Assembly: GCA_015680685.1 (NCBI GenBank)
Contig: MNCI01000461.1
Span: 214,607-278,606, forward strand
DNA: 64,000 bases
DNA from: Gnetum montanum
Lineage: Eukaryota > Plantae > Gnetophyta
Reading direction: 5' to 3'
The notes under the pieces were generated by a model, which saw nothing but the letters and a program-made list of their open reading frames with translations, did not search any database and was not told the DNA's origin. The translations under genes and the position numbers were made by a program. This document shows positions 1 to 11,873 of the stretch, piece by piece; position 1 is the stretch's first letter, and every line of letters begins with the position of its first letter.

Positions 1-231
1 GGATAGCTATGAAACCCATGCAAAGGTTTTTTGGTTATTATTCCTATCATTCCTATTCCATTTACCCTATCCTTTCACTTGATACATATATTAATTTGGC
101 ATAGTTATACATTACCTCTAATTTAGTTATTTTTAGTAATATTTAACTAATATATGTGCTCAAAATAATTTATAGTGCTTTTCACTATAACCCATTCTCC
201 AAGTTTTTCACATTACCAAAAAGGAGGATAT

Positions 232-1292
232 TGTTGACATTTTTTTGGTGTGACAAAACCTTGAAGAATGGAAGAATTATTTTTATGTTTTTAGGGTTCT
301 TGCAGGGTAAATAATGTTAAACATGTTATAGTTAGAGAGACCAAGAAGAAGAAAAGATTCGATGTTTCATCTTACAAGATCATGGAAGATAATCTCAATA
401 GAAGAGGATAAAACAACAAGAACAGGAGACACTTATCCCTTCAAGAAGATGTTTTATACCTAATTAAGACTTCTTGGATTAGCAAACATGTCTCTACTAA
501 GATTTCAACTCTCTACAAGAGACATTTCACTCTTACAATAGATGTCCCACTTTTACATGAGACATCTCACACTTGGTTGAGATATTTGGAATAAGACATC
601 TATAAACCTATGGAGATGTCTCTCCCCTATCAAAGACATCTATATCCATTGTAAGAAATCTCATCTACCAAGTCTCAAAACATAGTAAGACATTCTAGGT
701 CTCAAATAAAATGTTTCTACTAGTCATTTCTAGTCATTATTAGGATTTCAATGGTTACTCTTAGAAAAATAAACCTATAAAGAAATGGCACATTCAAGAG
801 AAAAAAAAAAGCTATGAAGAAATCACTATCTACATCATCTATTAAGAATAGCTATAATTTGCTATCATTGCTTTAATCATTGTTTTTGTTCTATGCATCA
901 AGTAAGAAATCCAAAAATCTAGTTTCATTTTCTCATTATCTCTCATTTTATCTTGGCTTATCCTACCTTGTGGGGCTATGTGTATTGCAAATACACAAAC
1001 TATGTAATGACCTAAGGTCAAATGCTAAGGGGTTGGATGTATTTCTTGATAGAATCATCCTAAGATAAATTGAAATCTTATGAGACCTAAGGGTCTATTG
1101 TAACTAAAGCCATGTACAAGTTATGGTACCCTCGAAACCACATTTTGGGTAATAAAGTTTAGAGGTATGCAAGGACTCTATCCTTTGAGTGTGGAAGTAC
1201 CCAAGTTGGAAAACCATGTAATTCACATGGTGTAATAATTGCTAAATTATAGGTTTGAACTTATTCATCCACCTCTAAGTTCTCAATATTCA
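232..1292 (+). repeat. 3' LTR of a Sirevirus-like Ty1/copia element whose body lies upstream of the window
   Basis: Starts TGTTGAC...TGACAAAACC, as do the LTRs at 5358 and 10689. It is preceded by the purine tract CCAAAAAGGAGGA (~216-229), contains the AGACATCT/AGATGTCT array, and ends TTATTCATCC...CTAAGTTC...TCA like the other family LTRs. Confidence 0.8.
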
Positions 1293-1949
1293 AATAAAGA
1301 CACTTAAAAATAATTTTGAAATAGAAAATTTATATCAATTTTAGTAACCCTTGAAAACCAAGAAAATTTTTTGAACTTATGGAACTTTAAGAACTCAGAA
1401 TTGAAAACATGATAAATTAGTTGAGAACTTGAGAACTAAGTGAGAAATGAAAAGAGTTTGTGTTCATATAAAAAATTTACAAAAATGAAAATGAATTGTA
1501 ATTGATTAAGAACTATTGAAATCAACACATTTTAAACATGAGAAAAACTAGAAAAAAATGCTCTTGAGAGACTTCAACAAAGAAAAATGATAAAGCATAC
1601 ATAAAAAATTTTAGAAGAGTAATGCCTCTCTCTTAAAAAATTTTAGCAATGAATGTACATAATTTATAGTAGTTTGAGGAGGTTTCCATGCATGCCCAAG
1701 TATCTCTCTAACCACTAGTCCACTCTCTTTGCATGTTTTGCATATTTGCCACTTTTCAAGCCACTAATCGACTTCTAGCATGTATGCCACATCTTTAGCT
1801 TTACTATGGCACATCACTAACCATGACTTCACTACTTGTTATACATGAAAATTTGTGTGCACATTATTTTTACAAATCTTATCCTTTGAAAAGTATAAAA
1901 TCCTAACCACATAGACCTCATGGACACACTAGATACATAAGCTATGATA

Positions 1950-4400
1950 TTAAACATATAAAAAAGAGCATGGAACACAAAGCATCCTAGATAATTTTTA
2001 GTAATCAAGGAATATAGTATGAAGTAATGTTGTGTGAAACTTGCTTGAACATTGTTTAATTCTACTCAACTATTGAGGCTTCTCTCAAGCATATTGACAA
2101 ATAATTTTACAAGGAAGTGGCTAATCATAATGATCCTATGATTGTTAAGGATATTTCTATAACCTTTTTTGAATAACATTATTGATGTATTCATGCAATA
2201 ATCTTCTAGAATCCCATTCTAGAAAGTTGTATTTAAATGCTTATAAACTTTTGTACAAATTATGTTTCCTCCTCATTTAAGTAGATTTGCATACAAGCCT
2301 AAAGCATCTATTGCTTTGCTAGAAGCTATTCATGCTAGCCCTACTTCTATCTCAGCTTGAGTAATGTATCCAGGTTCTAGAGAAATGAGGTGAATATGAA
2401 AAACCTATTCATGTTTAAAGAGAGCTATAAAGAGATCAATAATTACTAAAAAAATCAAAATTTCAAGTTTTTTGATCTTTTGATAAAAAAAGTTGTTAAA
2501 TGTCTTAGGATTCTTCTTAATCATATTGAGGAGTTGTGGCTAATGCTCCCTAATAAATTTCCTTTTCTTCCACAAAATAAGATTCTTGTATGTTTTAATG
2601 ACCTATAGTTCATAATTAACTCTTTTGACTTACAATCAAGCTTATATACACTTAGTGTTAAGCCACAAGTTTCTTTTTATATCATTTGAAAATGTTGTCA
2701 CATTGGAGGTAGTCATCACTAGAACTTCTATAATGTTCTTATGACCTTTATTATGAACCCAAAGTCTATTAACTTCCTCTTTATATTTTTGCTACTAATT
2801 ATTTGTTAATCTAATATTATATATCCTTTTAGTTCATCTAGAAGGCTTGCATATAGCTTTGATATTGAAAATGATTCAATGATGTGATGATTCAAGAAAT
2901 CTATCAATAATAGTAAAATTAGAAATTATGTCCAATCTAGCATAAGTGAAAATAAGTATGTTAATGATAGATTTCCCTTGAAAACCTTCAAAAGTGTATA
3001 GCATATAATTTGATTTTTTAAAAAAATAACATTAAGAACTAAAAGATTAAAAAAATTTAACCAAGAGATTAATTCTTGATCAAATCTATTTGTACAAGTA
3101 TTAATAGAAAGGTATGTGTATTTATCATATACCAAATAATTAAAATTTTCTCTACACTAGTCCAAAATTAGAACTTATTTAGAAGTAATGCAAGCATTAA
3201 AATCTCCACAAATAATTACTTTTCTAGTATGATCGAGCTCAATAATATCATTCCATAAAGATTAAAATTATTATTCTTTAGAAAGCTTTAGACTATTATA
3301 AATGAAAGAATTTTGTGAAGCAAAGTAATAGAAAGAGAGAAAGATGATGCTTGTTGATGTTACAATTTTTAATTATACATATTGCTTATGCTCATCAATT
3401 TTATAGCATTCTACATAATGCATAAACTCATCTCTCACCAAATATGCAATACCTCCAAAAATTCTTCCTCACTTATTTGTCTTCTTATTTTTAATTAAAT
3501 ATTTTTGAATAATTAAAACAATAAATTGTATAGAATCTTTTGTCTACCAAATTTTAGTTAACCCAAAAATTTCAACATTAGCAAAAACAAATTAAGCTAC
3601 ATATAGATGGTACTTTATTGGTTATAGATTCTTCAACATTTAAATAACCATATTGTAAAGTTTCTATGCATTTTTTAAAAACTTTTAACATACTTTTTAT
3701 GATAAGTACACTATTTACTACCTTTAAATATGCTACTATTCCAACCTCTTAAGCTGCTTTAACTTTCTATCATTCTTCATCATGTTTTAGAAATTCATGT
3801 TTGGTTAATTCTTTGTTTATCTAAATTTTATAAGTACATAGATACTAATGATTCGTACAAATTAGCTCTTTGGCCTCTAAAGTACCAAATCTTATCCAAA
3901 TAGTGTAGATTTTGTCATCCTTGTTGTCTACTCGCAAGGCCTCTTTGATCACATGCTTAGAAATGAACATATTTTTTGTCACGATTTCTTTCATTATTTA
4001 TATTACATTTTAATCTTTAGTCTCATCTGTTCTAGAAAATATAAGATTTAAGGCCCTAGATTACTTTTTCTCTTATTCTTTTAGTTCCCCAATAATTGCT
4101 TTCACCATGCTAATATGCTCCATATTACTTTGTGCCTCTTCATCTACATTGTCCACTTTAGCATGCTTATCTTTAATAGCATTTATTTGATGAAAGATCT
4201 TATCATTTGAATAATAACATTACCTATTTGTATTCTATATTTAGATAATTTGCATAAAATCTTTGTATTTTATGCTTCTACGTTTTTATTTTAACCTTTC
4301 AACCACATCATATGGATGATCATTTCCTATACCGATGCAAATTTGGATAACATGATATGCAAGTAAGCCTTGGATATCTCTATTATTGGTGTGCTTTAAC
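1950..4400 (-). mobile_element. Degenerate non-LTR retrotransposon (LINE): ORF1 remnant, APE endonuclease and N-terminal part of RT; RTEX/CR1-like
   Basis: Minus-strand translation gives ORF1-like LNLIFSR...IWIRFGTLEAKELI (~3700-4100). Endonuclease motifs follow: YLNVE (~3640), IICGDFNA (~3200) and NRFDQELISWLNFFNLLVLN (ORF 2926-3135). RT-entry motifs are EIEVGLA*IASSKAIDALG and LFKKGYRNILNNHRIIMISH...QASF (~2040-2360). There are many stops, and the ends are approximate. Confidence 0.7.
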
Positions 4401-5357
4401 TGTACTTATGTTGATATCTCATAACATAATCTGGATAGTGTGCGGGAAGTCTACTCTCATGATTTGTTATTAGAATACATACTCTAATGTGCAACTATAG
4501 AATTCTACATAGATGCATAGGAGTAAGATCACATTCCCTATATCTAACCATAAGAACACAAAATATACATCATTTTGAAAATTTACAATAACTAAACTAG
4601 AATCTATAAATAATATAACCTTCATAGAATTAAACTTTGAAACATTTAGTATGATTTTTTATTGAAATAACTACAAGAATTATAGTTATAAAATACTTGG
4701 CTATCAAATATCAATAAAATAATTTTCCAATGTAAATTTTAGCATACAATAATAGAAGTTGTAATAGTCTTCTTTTTGTAGAAATAGACATGATGAAAAC
4801 TAGTGATCAAATAAGAGAGACATAAGAGACACTATTCAAAATGAAAGTTTAAGTGTGTCATGAATGTTTAAAGAAAGGGTACTTTTTCATAAGCTTCATT
4901 TATTAGATTCAAATTGGTAACATATTTTATGACTATAGATCTATGAATCAAAGATTAGCTAAGAGTTATCATCCATAATAAGTATCAGAGTAGTTTGTGC
5001 AACTAGAGTCTAACAAGTTGGATGTTTATTTAAAGTATATTAAAGAAGAATGTTGTAGCTGCTTTATATTCAAGAAGGATCTCATCATAACGTTGATATA
5101 GAAGAAGTCCAATTTCCATGACAAGCATATTGGTTAAGTTATTGCCCTTCCAAAATATCCAAAATAGTAGGAAATAGAGGTTGATGTTTGGTAATAAATA
5201 TAGAAAGTGAAGCCATTAAATGGTAATTTGATTCATCCATTATGTGATTCATTCAAAAAATGAGACCTTGTAAGAAATGTTGGATAATTGATCCATGTTG
5301 AGATACTCAAGACTATGAGGCTTCAAACTCTATCAACATGAATAATTAAGAGGTTTT

Positions 5358-6518
5358 TGTTGACCTTTTGGTATGTCAAAACCTTAAGGAAAATGGAGAA
5401 GGATGTTTGTGTGGTTGCTATGTTTATAGGGTAAGAACTTGGATTAAGCAAAAGGAGACCTCAAAGAAAAAAGACATCATCAAGATCTCAAGGAATCATG
5501 TGGGAGTTCAAGATCATGGAAAAGAAGAAAATATTTCAAAGTTCAAAGAGAATTGAAGAAAGATGTCACCAAGAAACAACATACATCTTGGCTGAAGAGA
5601 AGGAGAATTAGTGAAGACATCTTGCAAAAATACCAGACATCTACTATCAAGCAAAGACATCTCCAAGAAATGGCAGACATCTTGTATCAATTGAAGGTTG
5701 CTAAGAAGAATATGTCTCTAAAAAATAGTAAACATCTTTCTGGTGAGAAAGACATCTTAATGAAGACCTCTCCACAAAGATGTCTTTCCAAAATGAAGTT
5801 CTCATGTAGAAAGACATCTCAGTCTCAAAGAAGATGTCCTTAGTGACCATTAGATAGTTTTTGTATGAATTCCAAGGTGATTTTGAAAACATATTGGCTA
5901 TAAAAAGACTTCATTCCATTTGGAAATAAGTAACCATTATGTACTATCAATTGTTATTATCAAGCAATCATTGTATACACCATTTTGTTGTTATTGTTCC
6001 TCATTGTACTATCTTTTGTCTATTGTAAGAGGCCAAAGTGAGTTGTACCTAAAGTACAAGGATCAAAAAATTTCATTGCATTCTTTCCTTATGATTGTTA
6101 TTCTCTTTTTTTGCCCTATAGGGTTGATGTGCTTCTTTCTAGAAGGCATCTTTCTTAAGCTTTTCAGGATCCTATGAGATTGAGTGTTGGTGTAGTGCCA
6201 CAACACTCTAGAGAGAAGCTAAACTTGTAAAGGTTGTGGGATCCTAGAAGTCAAATTCTAAGCTTGTTGAAACCTTGTGGGATTGAGTGGATTCATTATG
6301 GCAAGTCACTTCAGAGTGGAGCTTAGAGCTTGTACAAGGTGTGATACCCTTCAAACCATATTTTGAGAGCAACAAAGTCTGGAGGTGTGCTAGTGAACTA
6401 CCGTTCGAGTGTGGACTATCCAAGTTGGAGAACTACATTAAAATTTGATGTGTTATTTGGCTAATTAATTTCTTTTTTGGAATTTATTTATCATCCCTTT
6501 TCAATTCAACAATCCTTA
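5358..6518 (+). repeat. 5' LTR of copia copy 1
   Basis: TGTTGACC start, collinear with 10689-11873, and followed by the PBS. Confidence 0.9.
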
Positions 6519-6520
6519 AG

Positions 6521-6537
6521 TGGTATCAAATCTTGGT
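6521..6537 (+). promoter_or_regulatory. Primer-binding site, tRNA-Met(i) type
   Basis: TGGTATCAAATCTTGGT resembles canonical TGGTATCAGAGC and lies 2 nt after the LTR end. Confidence 0.85.
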
Positions 6538-6570
6538 ACTCTTCTTCATCATCAACTTCACGAGTGAACA

Positions 6571-8330
6571 ATGGAGGGAACACCTTATACAAAGCCATCC
6601 ATGTTTGATGGATTCAACTTCATCTATTGGAAAGCTAGGATGTAAGGATTCTTTGAATCTATGGAGTTCAAAGTTTGATAGTCCATTCTTAAAGGCTATA
6701 CTCTACCTATCGACAGCTCCACCAAAACCATCAAGGCCCACAACAAATGGACATAAGAGGAGAAAGATAAGTTTATGTTTGACTCAAAGGCCAAAAACTC
6801 TTTATATTACACTTTGAATAAATCTAAGTTTAATAGAGTAGTTGATGTAAAATGGCCAAAGAAATTTTACAAACATTAGAGGCTACTTATGAAGGAACCT
6901 CTATAGTTAAACAATTAAAGTTGTTGATTTTACAAAGTAAATATGATAAGCTAAAAATAAGAGAAGGTGAGAAAATAAAAGATTACTTTTCTAGAGAAAA
7001 TGATCTTGTTGTGGCTATTAGAGATGCTGGCAAAGATCTACCAAAGAGTGATGTCATCATTTAAATGATCATAACTCTTTAACTAGAGTTCAAACCAAAG
7101 GTCACAACCATGGAGGAAATTAGAGATTTCTCAACTCTAAAATTTAAAGAGCTTCAAAGTGCTCTCATTGCTTATGAAATGAATCTCATGAGTAAAGGAG
7201 CTATCCAAGAAAAACCCATCACTCTAAAGACTATCTCCAAGGATAAGGAGATCAATGAGCATGATGAGGGTAGCAAAGATGAGATTATCTTTCTCTTAAG
7301 GAAGCTATAACAATTGATAGAAAGAAGAAGCAAGAGGTAAAATTAGCAAAGATCCAATCTATTCAAAAGTAAAGAAAGAGATAAATTTTTTAAAAAATTC
7401 TAACCTTGATTTCTCTACTATAGAATGCTAGGTTTGTGATGGAAGAGGTCATATGACCTTCGAATATCTTAGCAATATTAGGTTGTAGCACAAGAATAGA
7501 TCCAATGATGATGTGGAGAAAAGTGAGGAAGAGGTGGAGGATGATGCAAAAAATTCTCATCTCATCGGCATGACCCTCACTAATGATGACACTAATTCAT
7601 CAGATGATGATCTTAATTATGAAGAGAGGTTTGATCTATTATGCAATGAGCTTTTGTGTTTTCAAAATCTTTGCAATAAGTTAAATAAACAAGTCAAAAC
7701 AAAGGATTGGTAAATTACCTTATTCAATTTAACTTTTTCTAATCTTACTAAGGAACTCTTAGACCTAAGGGCTGAGAATGAAAAGCTAACCTTTTTTATG
7801 AACAAATCAAAGTAGAAATTACAATTGTCAAATTAGCAAATGAAAGGTTGGTAAAGGAAAAGGGATCCCTTCATATCGTACTAGGACAAGGAAGAAATTC
7901 ACATGATAAGAGTGGTCTAGGATGCTATACACAAGAGTAACCACCTTCAATAAACCCATAACAATTAAATGATCCTCTAAAGGAAAATGCTACTACATCA
8001 AAATAAAAGGAAGCTCCTATCCATCAAAATGGTATAGGAGGATTAGATGCTATTATTGTCATAAATTATGGCATAAACAATGTGATTGTAATCTTAAGTA
8101 TTATCATATGAATAGTTGATCATATCATAGGACTCCTTGGTCTTATCAAGGTGCACTGAGAAAGGACTTTTTGTAGGATCATAGGAGAGATTAGATTCAA
8201 CTCAAAATAACAAAGGAGTTAGGAAAGAATAGAGGGTTAAAAGGTAGGAACAAAGGAACAAGGAAACTCTCACTAACAAATTTTCAGGAGGAAGCTAAGC
8301 CTTGGATATTGAAGAAGTTTGGTTGAGAAG
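6571..8330 (+). pseudogene. gag: Copia gag (Sirevirus-type: UBN2-like core, two zinc knuckles, coiled-coil extension), disrupted
   Basis: Begins MEGTPYTKPSMFDGFNFIYWKARM, then AKEILQTLEATYEGTSIVK and KVTTMEEIRDFSTLKFKELQSALIAYEM. CCHC remnants lie at ~7425 and ~8047, with a DKSGLG motif. Stops and frameshifts are present. Confidence 0.88.
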
Positions 8331-8723
8331 AGAATCCTGAAAAGAGGAAATTTCTTCTCTAGCTCTCTAAGTATGTTCAATTTGTGATAGGATTAGGGTT
8401 AAGTAAAAATAATTTTTTATTAAGCATCTATTAAGGCTATAGTCCTTGGAAACTTTACCAAAATCCCATCTTGTTGAACCTCTCTATGTAAAGATGTCTA
8501 CCTAAAGATGTCTACAATAAGACACCTATTTGATTTTTCTTGCAGCATGAAAAAGAAATTTATTACACATGAAAGATGTCTACTAGTGATTTTGAAATGT
8601 AGCAGAGACATCTACTATGTATGAAAGAAATCTTATTTTTCATTCAAACCCCTTATTTATTGTCACTATTAAAGTCAAAAACCTCATTATTTTATCTTAT
8701 TCTCTAAAATCAACCCCACAGAT

Positions 8724-10290
8724 ATGACTAGGGCTCCACCATCAATAGTGATTTCATCAAAAATGACCCTCAAGAAGGTTGGGATGTCTAGGGCACCACC
8801 AAAGAAGAAATCCAAGGGTAATTCTAGTAACACACCACCACTTACATGCCCCAATTTCAAAATTCAAAGGCAAGCTACTTTAATGGATTATTTCAAGGTG
8901 TTGAACTAAGGAGAATTTATTGTAATGAATTTTTTGGTTCTTTAAGTGTTGATTCATGAATTTCATTGCAATATTGTTGTTTCAAATGCTATTGTTGGAT
9001 CATTCAATTTCATGGTTGAGGGTATTCTCATCAAGGTCTCTCCCTAAGTTGTGGATGCAATCGTTGGGATCTTTAGCGCAAATGTCTTCTGAGTAACCAT
9101 TGATATCATGCATGACATTTATACAAATGGTATAATACCTATAGGACATGATGAATTTTCTGATGTTTTGTTTGGGAAAGATGTATTCTTTGACAGAATT
9201 CATACTGAGAGGAGCATGATGACTCCTAATGCTTCCACCTTGTCTCTTATCATGTTGTATAACATTATGGTAAAAGGAAAAAGTTACAATTATTTTCTAC
9301 CATCCCAAGATTTTGTGATTTATTGTCCTCTCATAGGATTTCCATTAGATATGGGGCATACACACTACTAGAACATGCTGATTTTGTTTGCGAAGGAAAG
9401 AATCCTCAAGCACCCTTTCCTCATTAGGTTGTTGATACGTTAGAAGGGTGTGCCTATTTCAGAGATTCCTTTACTCAAAGGCAAGAGAAGCCTTAGTGAA
9501 TGTGTTGAGAAAGGAGTCTTTCTCATGTAACTAAAGTAGGATTGAACACTAGATCATAGAAGAAGAAGAATGAAGCATCTTCATCAAGAACCTCTTCCCA
9601 AATAAGTAGATCCAAATCCACTAGTGCTTAGATTAGTTCTTCATTGAAGAAGCTTCTCCAACCTTTTGCACAAGCCATCGGGAAGCTTGGGAGAAACCTC
9701 TCTTACTTGCATAAGAGTTTGGATGCAACTAGTATTCCTCCTTCTTCTAATGGGTAGGATCTTGAGGAGGTTACTAATCCTCCTATTTCTAATAGTGAGG
9801 AGGATGTTCTTGTCCCATTGAGGAATTTTGTAGTAGTTGATCCTTCACATGCTCATGACTCAAGGATGGAGTCTAATTTAGAGCTTGAGGCACCCCCAAC
9901 TCATGTCCAAGGGGAGCATCATGTTACCATGTAGCAGCCAAATCATCATGATCTTGCACATCCTGTACACTCAGTTCCTCCATCAATTCATGCTCCTAGC
10001 TCAATTGAGTAGTAGGTTATGGACAGTATTTCTGGGACCATGTCCCAATGAATAATAGCTTAGTAGCCTCTAGTTCAACCATATTTTCTAGCTTCATCTT
10101 GATTTCAAGTGAAGCTTAGTCCCCGATGAGCTCCTATCCAGTAGGTTAAGTTCTTTGATGAGGAAGAGTTGTAATTGAGTTAACATAGCACCAGTAGTGA
10201 TGATCATGAGGAGGAGACTTATTGTCCATCCTGACCAATGAAGGGATTTGAATCCAAGGATGTGACTAAGGTTATTAATTAGGGACCTTG
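8724..10290 (+). pseudogene. Accessory ('env-like', plant transposon protein-like) ORF of copia copy 1, disrupted
   Basis: Basic N-terminus MTRAPP...PPKKKSKG; core MTPNASTLSLIMLYNIMVKGKSYNYF...VIYCPLIGFPLDMGH...LKHPFLI; acidic/proline-rich tail. Homologous to 43240-44863. Confidence 0.7.
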
Positions 10291-10688
10291 GGTGATCTAT
10301 TTTTTCTCTCTTTTTTTTTTATGTCCAAAAAAGGGAAGAAGTTTTTGATTCTCACATATGTTGGGTTTTTGGACATGCACATATGTTGTTGATATGATGC
10401 TTCCATTTGTATAGATACTTGGTTGTATTGGATAGTTGTAGACTTATGCGAACAACTGCTAATGAGTTATAAACTGATGGTGCTTCCTTTGTTATCTTTG
10501 TGTGGTGTACTTTTGATCTTTACTTTTGCATTATTTCATTATTTTTCCATGTACTACTAAACTACCTTGAATCTCAACACTTTATCCTAGTCTCAAGCTA
10601 CCATAGGAATTGATATGTATTAATATTTTTATTGGTTTTTATCTTACATATTTTCTTAAGTTTTGGACATCCCCAAAAAGGGGAAGAT

Positions 10689-11873
10689 TTTTGAACTTTT
10701 CGTATGTCAAAACCTTAAGGAAAAAGGAGAACAAGGATGTTTGTGTTGTTGCTATGTTTATAGGGCATGAACTTGGGTTAAAAAAAGGAGATCTTGAGGA
10801 AGAAAGACAACATTGAGATCTCAAGGAAGCATGTGGGAGTTCAAGAGCATGGACAAGGAACGAAGATCTCAAAGTGCAAAGAAAACTAAAGAAAGGCATC
10901 TCCAAGAAACGGCAGACATCTTGGCCAAAGAGAAGGAGAATTAGTCAAGAAATCTTGCAAAAATAGTAGCCATCTACTATCAAGCAACAACATCTCCAAG
11001 AAATAGTAAATGTCTTGGCCAAGTTGAAGGTTTCTCAAAAGAAGATGTCTTTGAAGAGTAGTAGGCATATTTCTAGAGATAAAGACATCTTCATGAATAC
11101 ATCTCCACAAATACGTCTTTGTTGTGGAAAAGACTTCTTTCTAGAATGAAGGTCCAATGTAGAAAGACATCTTAGTCTTAAAGAAGACATCTCTAATGAT
11201 CATTAAATAGTTGCACAAATTCCAAGGTAATTTTGAAAACATATTGTCTATAAAAAGACTTCATTCCATTGGGAAATGAGCAAGCATTATGTACTATCAA
11301 TTATCATTATCAAGCAATCATTGTATATATCATTCTTTTGTTATTGTTCCTTATTGTACTATTTTTTATCTATTGTAAGAGGTCAAAGTGAACTATACCT
11401 CAAAGTACAAGGATCATAAAATTTAGTTGCATTCTTTCCTTGTGATTGTTGTTCTATTTTGTTGTTGTGTGGGGGTTTATGTGCTTCTTGTGGGAAGGCA
11501 TCTTGCATGAGCTTGTTGAGATCTTATGGTATTAAGTGTTGGTGTAGTGCCATAACACTCCAAAGTGGAGCTCAAGTTATAAAGGTTGTGGGATGTTGGA
11601 AACCACATTGTAAGCTTGTTAGGGCCTTGTGAGGTTGAGTGGATTCATTGTGTTGAATCACTTCTAAGTGGAGCTTAGAGGTTGTAGAGGGTGTGGTACC
11701 CTTCAAATCACATTTTGAGAACAACAAAGTCCGAAGGTGTGCTACCAAACTACCCTTCAAGTGTGAACTACCCACATTGGAGAACCACATTAAAATTTGG
11801 TATGTGGTTTGGCTAATTAATTTTTGTTTTGCGAAACTTATTCATCCCCCCCTTCTAAGTTCAACGATCCTCA
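10689..11873 (+). repeat. 3' LTR of copia copy 1
   Basis: Follows the PPT (~10673-10687), ends ...GATCCTCA, and matches 5358-6518. Confidence 0.9.

Larger units (their letters stand above)
5358..11873 (+). mobile_element. Sirevirus-like Ty1/copia LTR retrotransposon, non-autonomous (gag + accessory ORF, no pol); copy 1
   Basis: Two ~1.17-kb LTRs, tRNA-Met(i)-type PBS at 6521, PPT CCAAAAAGGGGAAGA before the 3' LTR, and flanks GTTTT/ATTTT (4/5 TSD). Confidence 0.92.

Noticed and set aside
1293-1950. TE terminus with short CCACTA-like repeats
   Set aside because: Too degenerate, with no TIR or TSD partner found.
5600-5840. CRISPR-like repeat-spacer array
   Set aside because: The repeat is only 8 bp with 12-nt spacers, lies inside eukaryotic LTRs, and there are no cas genes. 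It is reported as a phased motif array instead.
5368-6177. Short ORFs within LTRs (also 10610-11896, 41640-42156, 47630-47947)
   Set aside because: They are not conserved in frame between sister LTRs and are best explained as chance ORFs.
6521-6537. tRNA gene at PBS-like sequences (also 13947, 33596, 60891)
   Set aside because: Only the 12-18 nt complement of a tRNA 3' end is present, with no cloverleaf.
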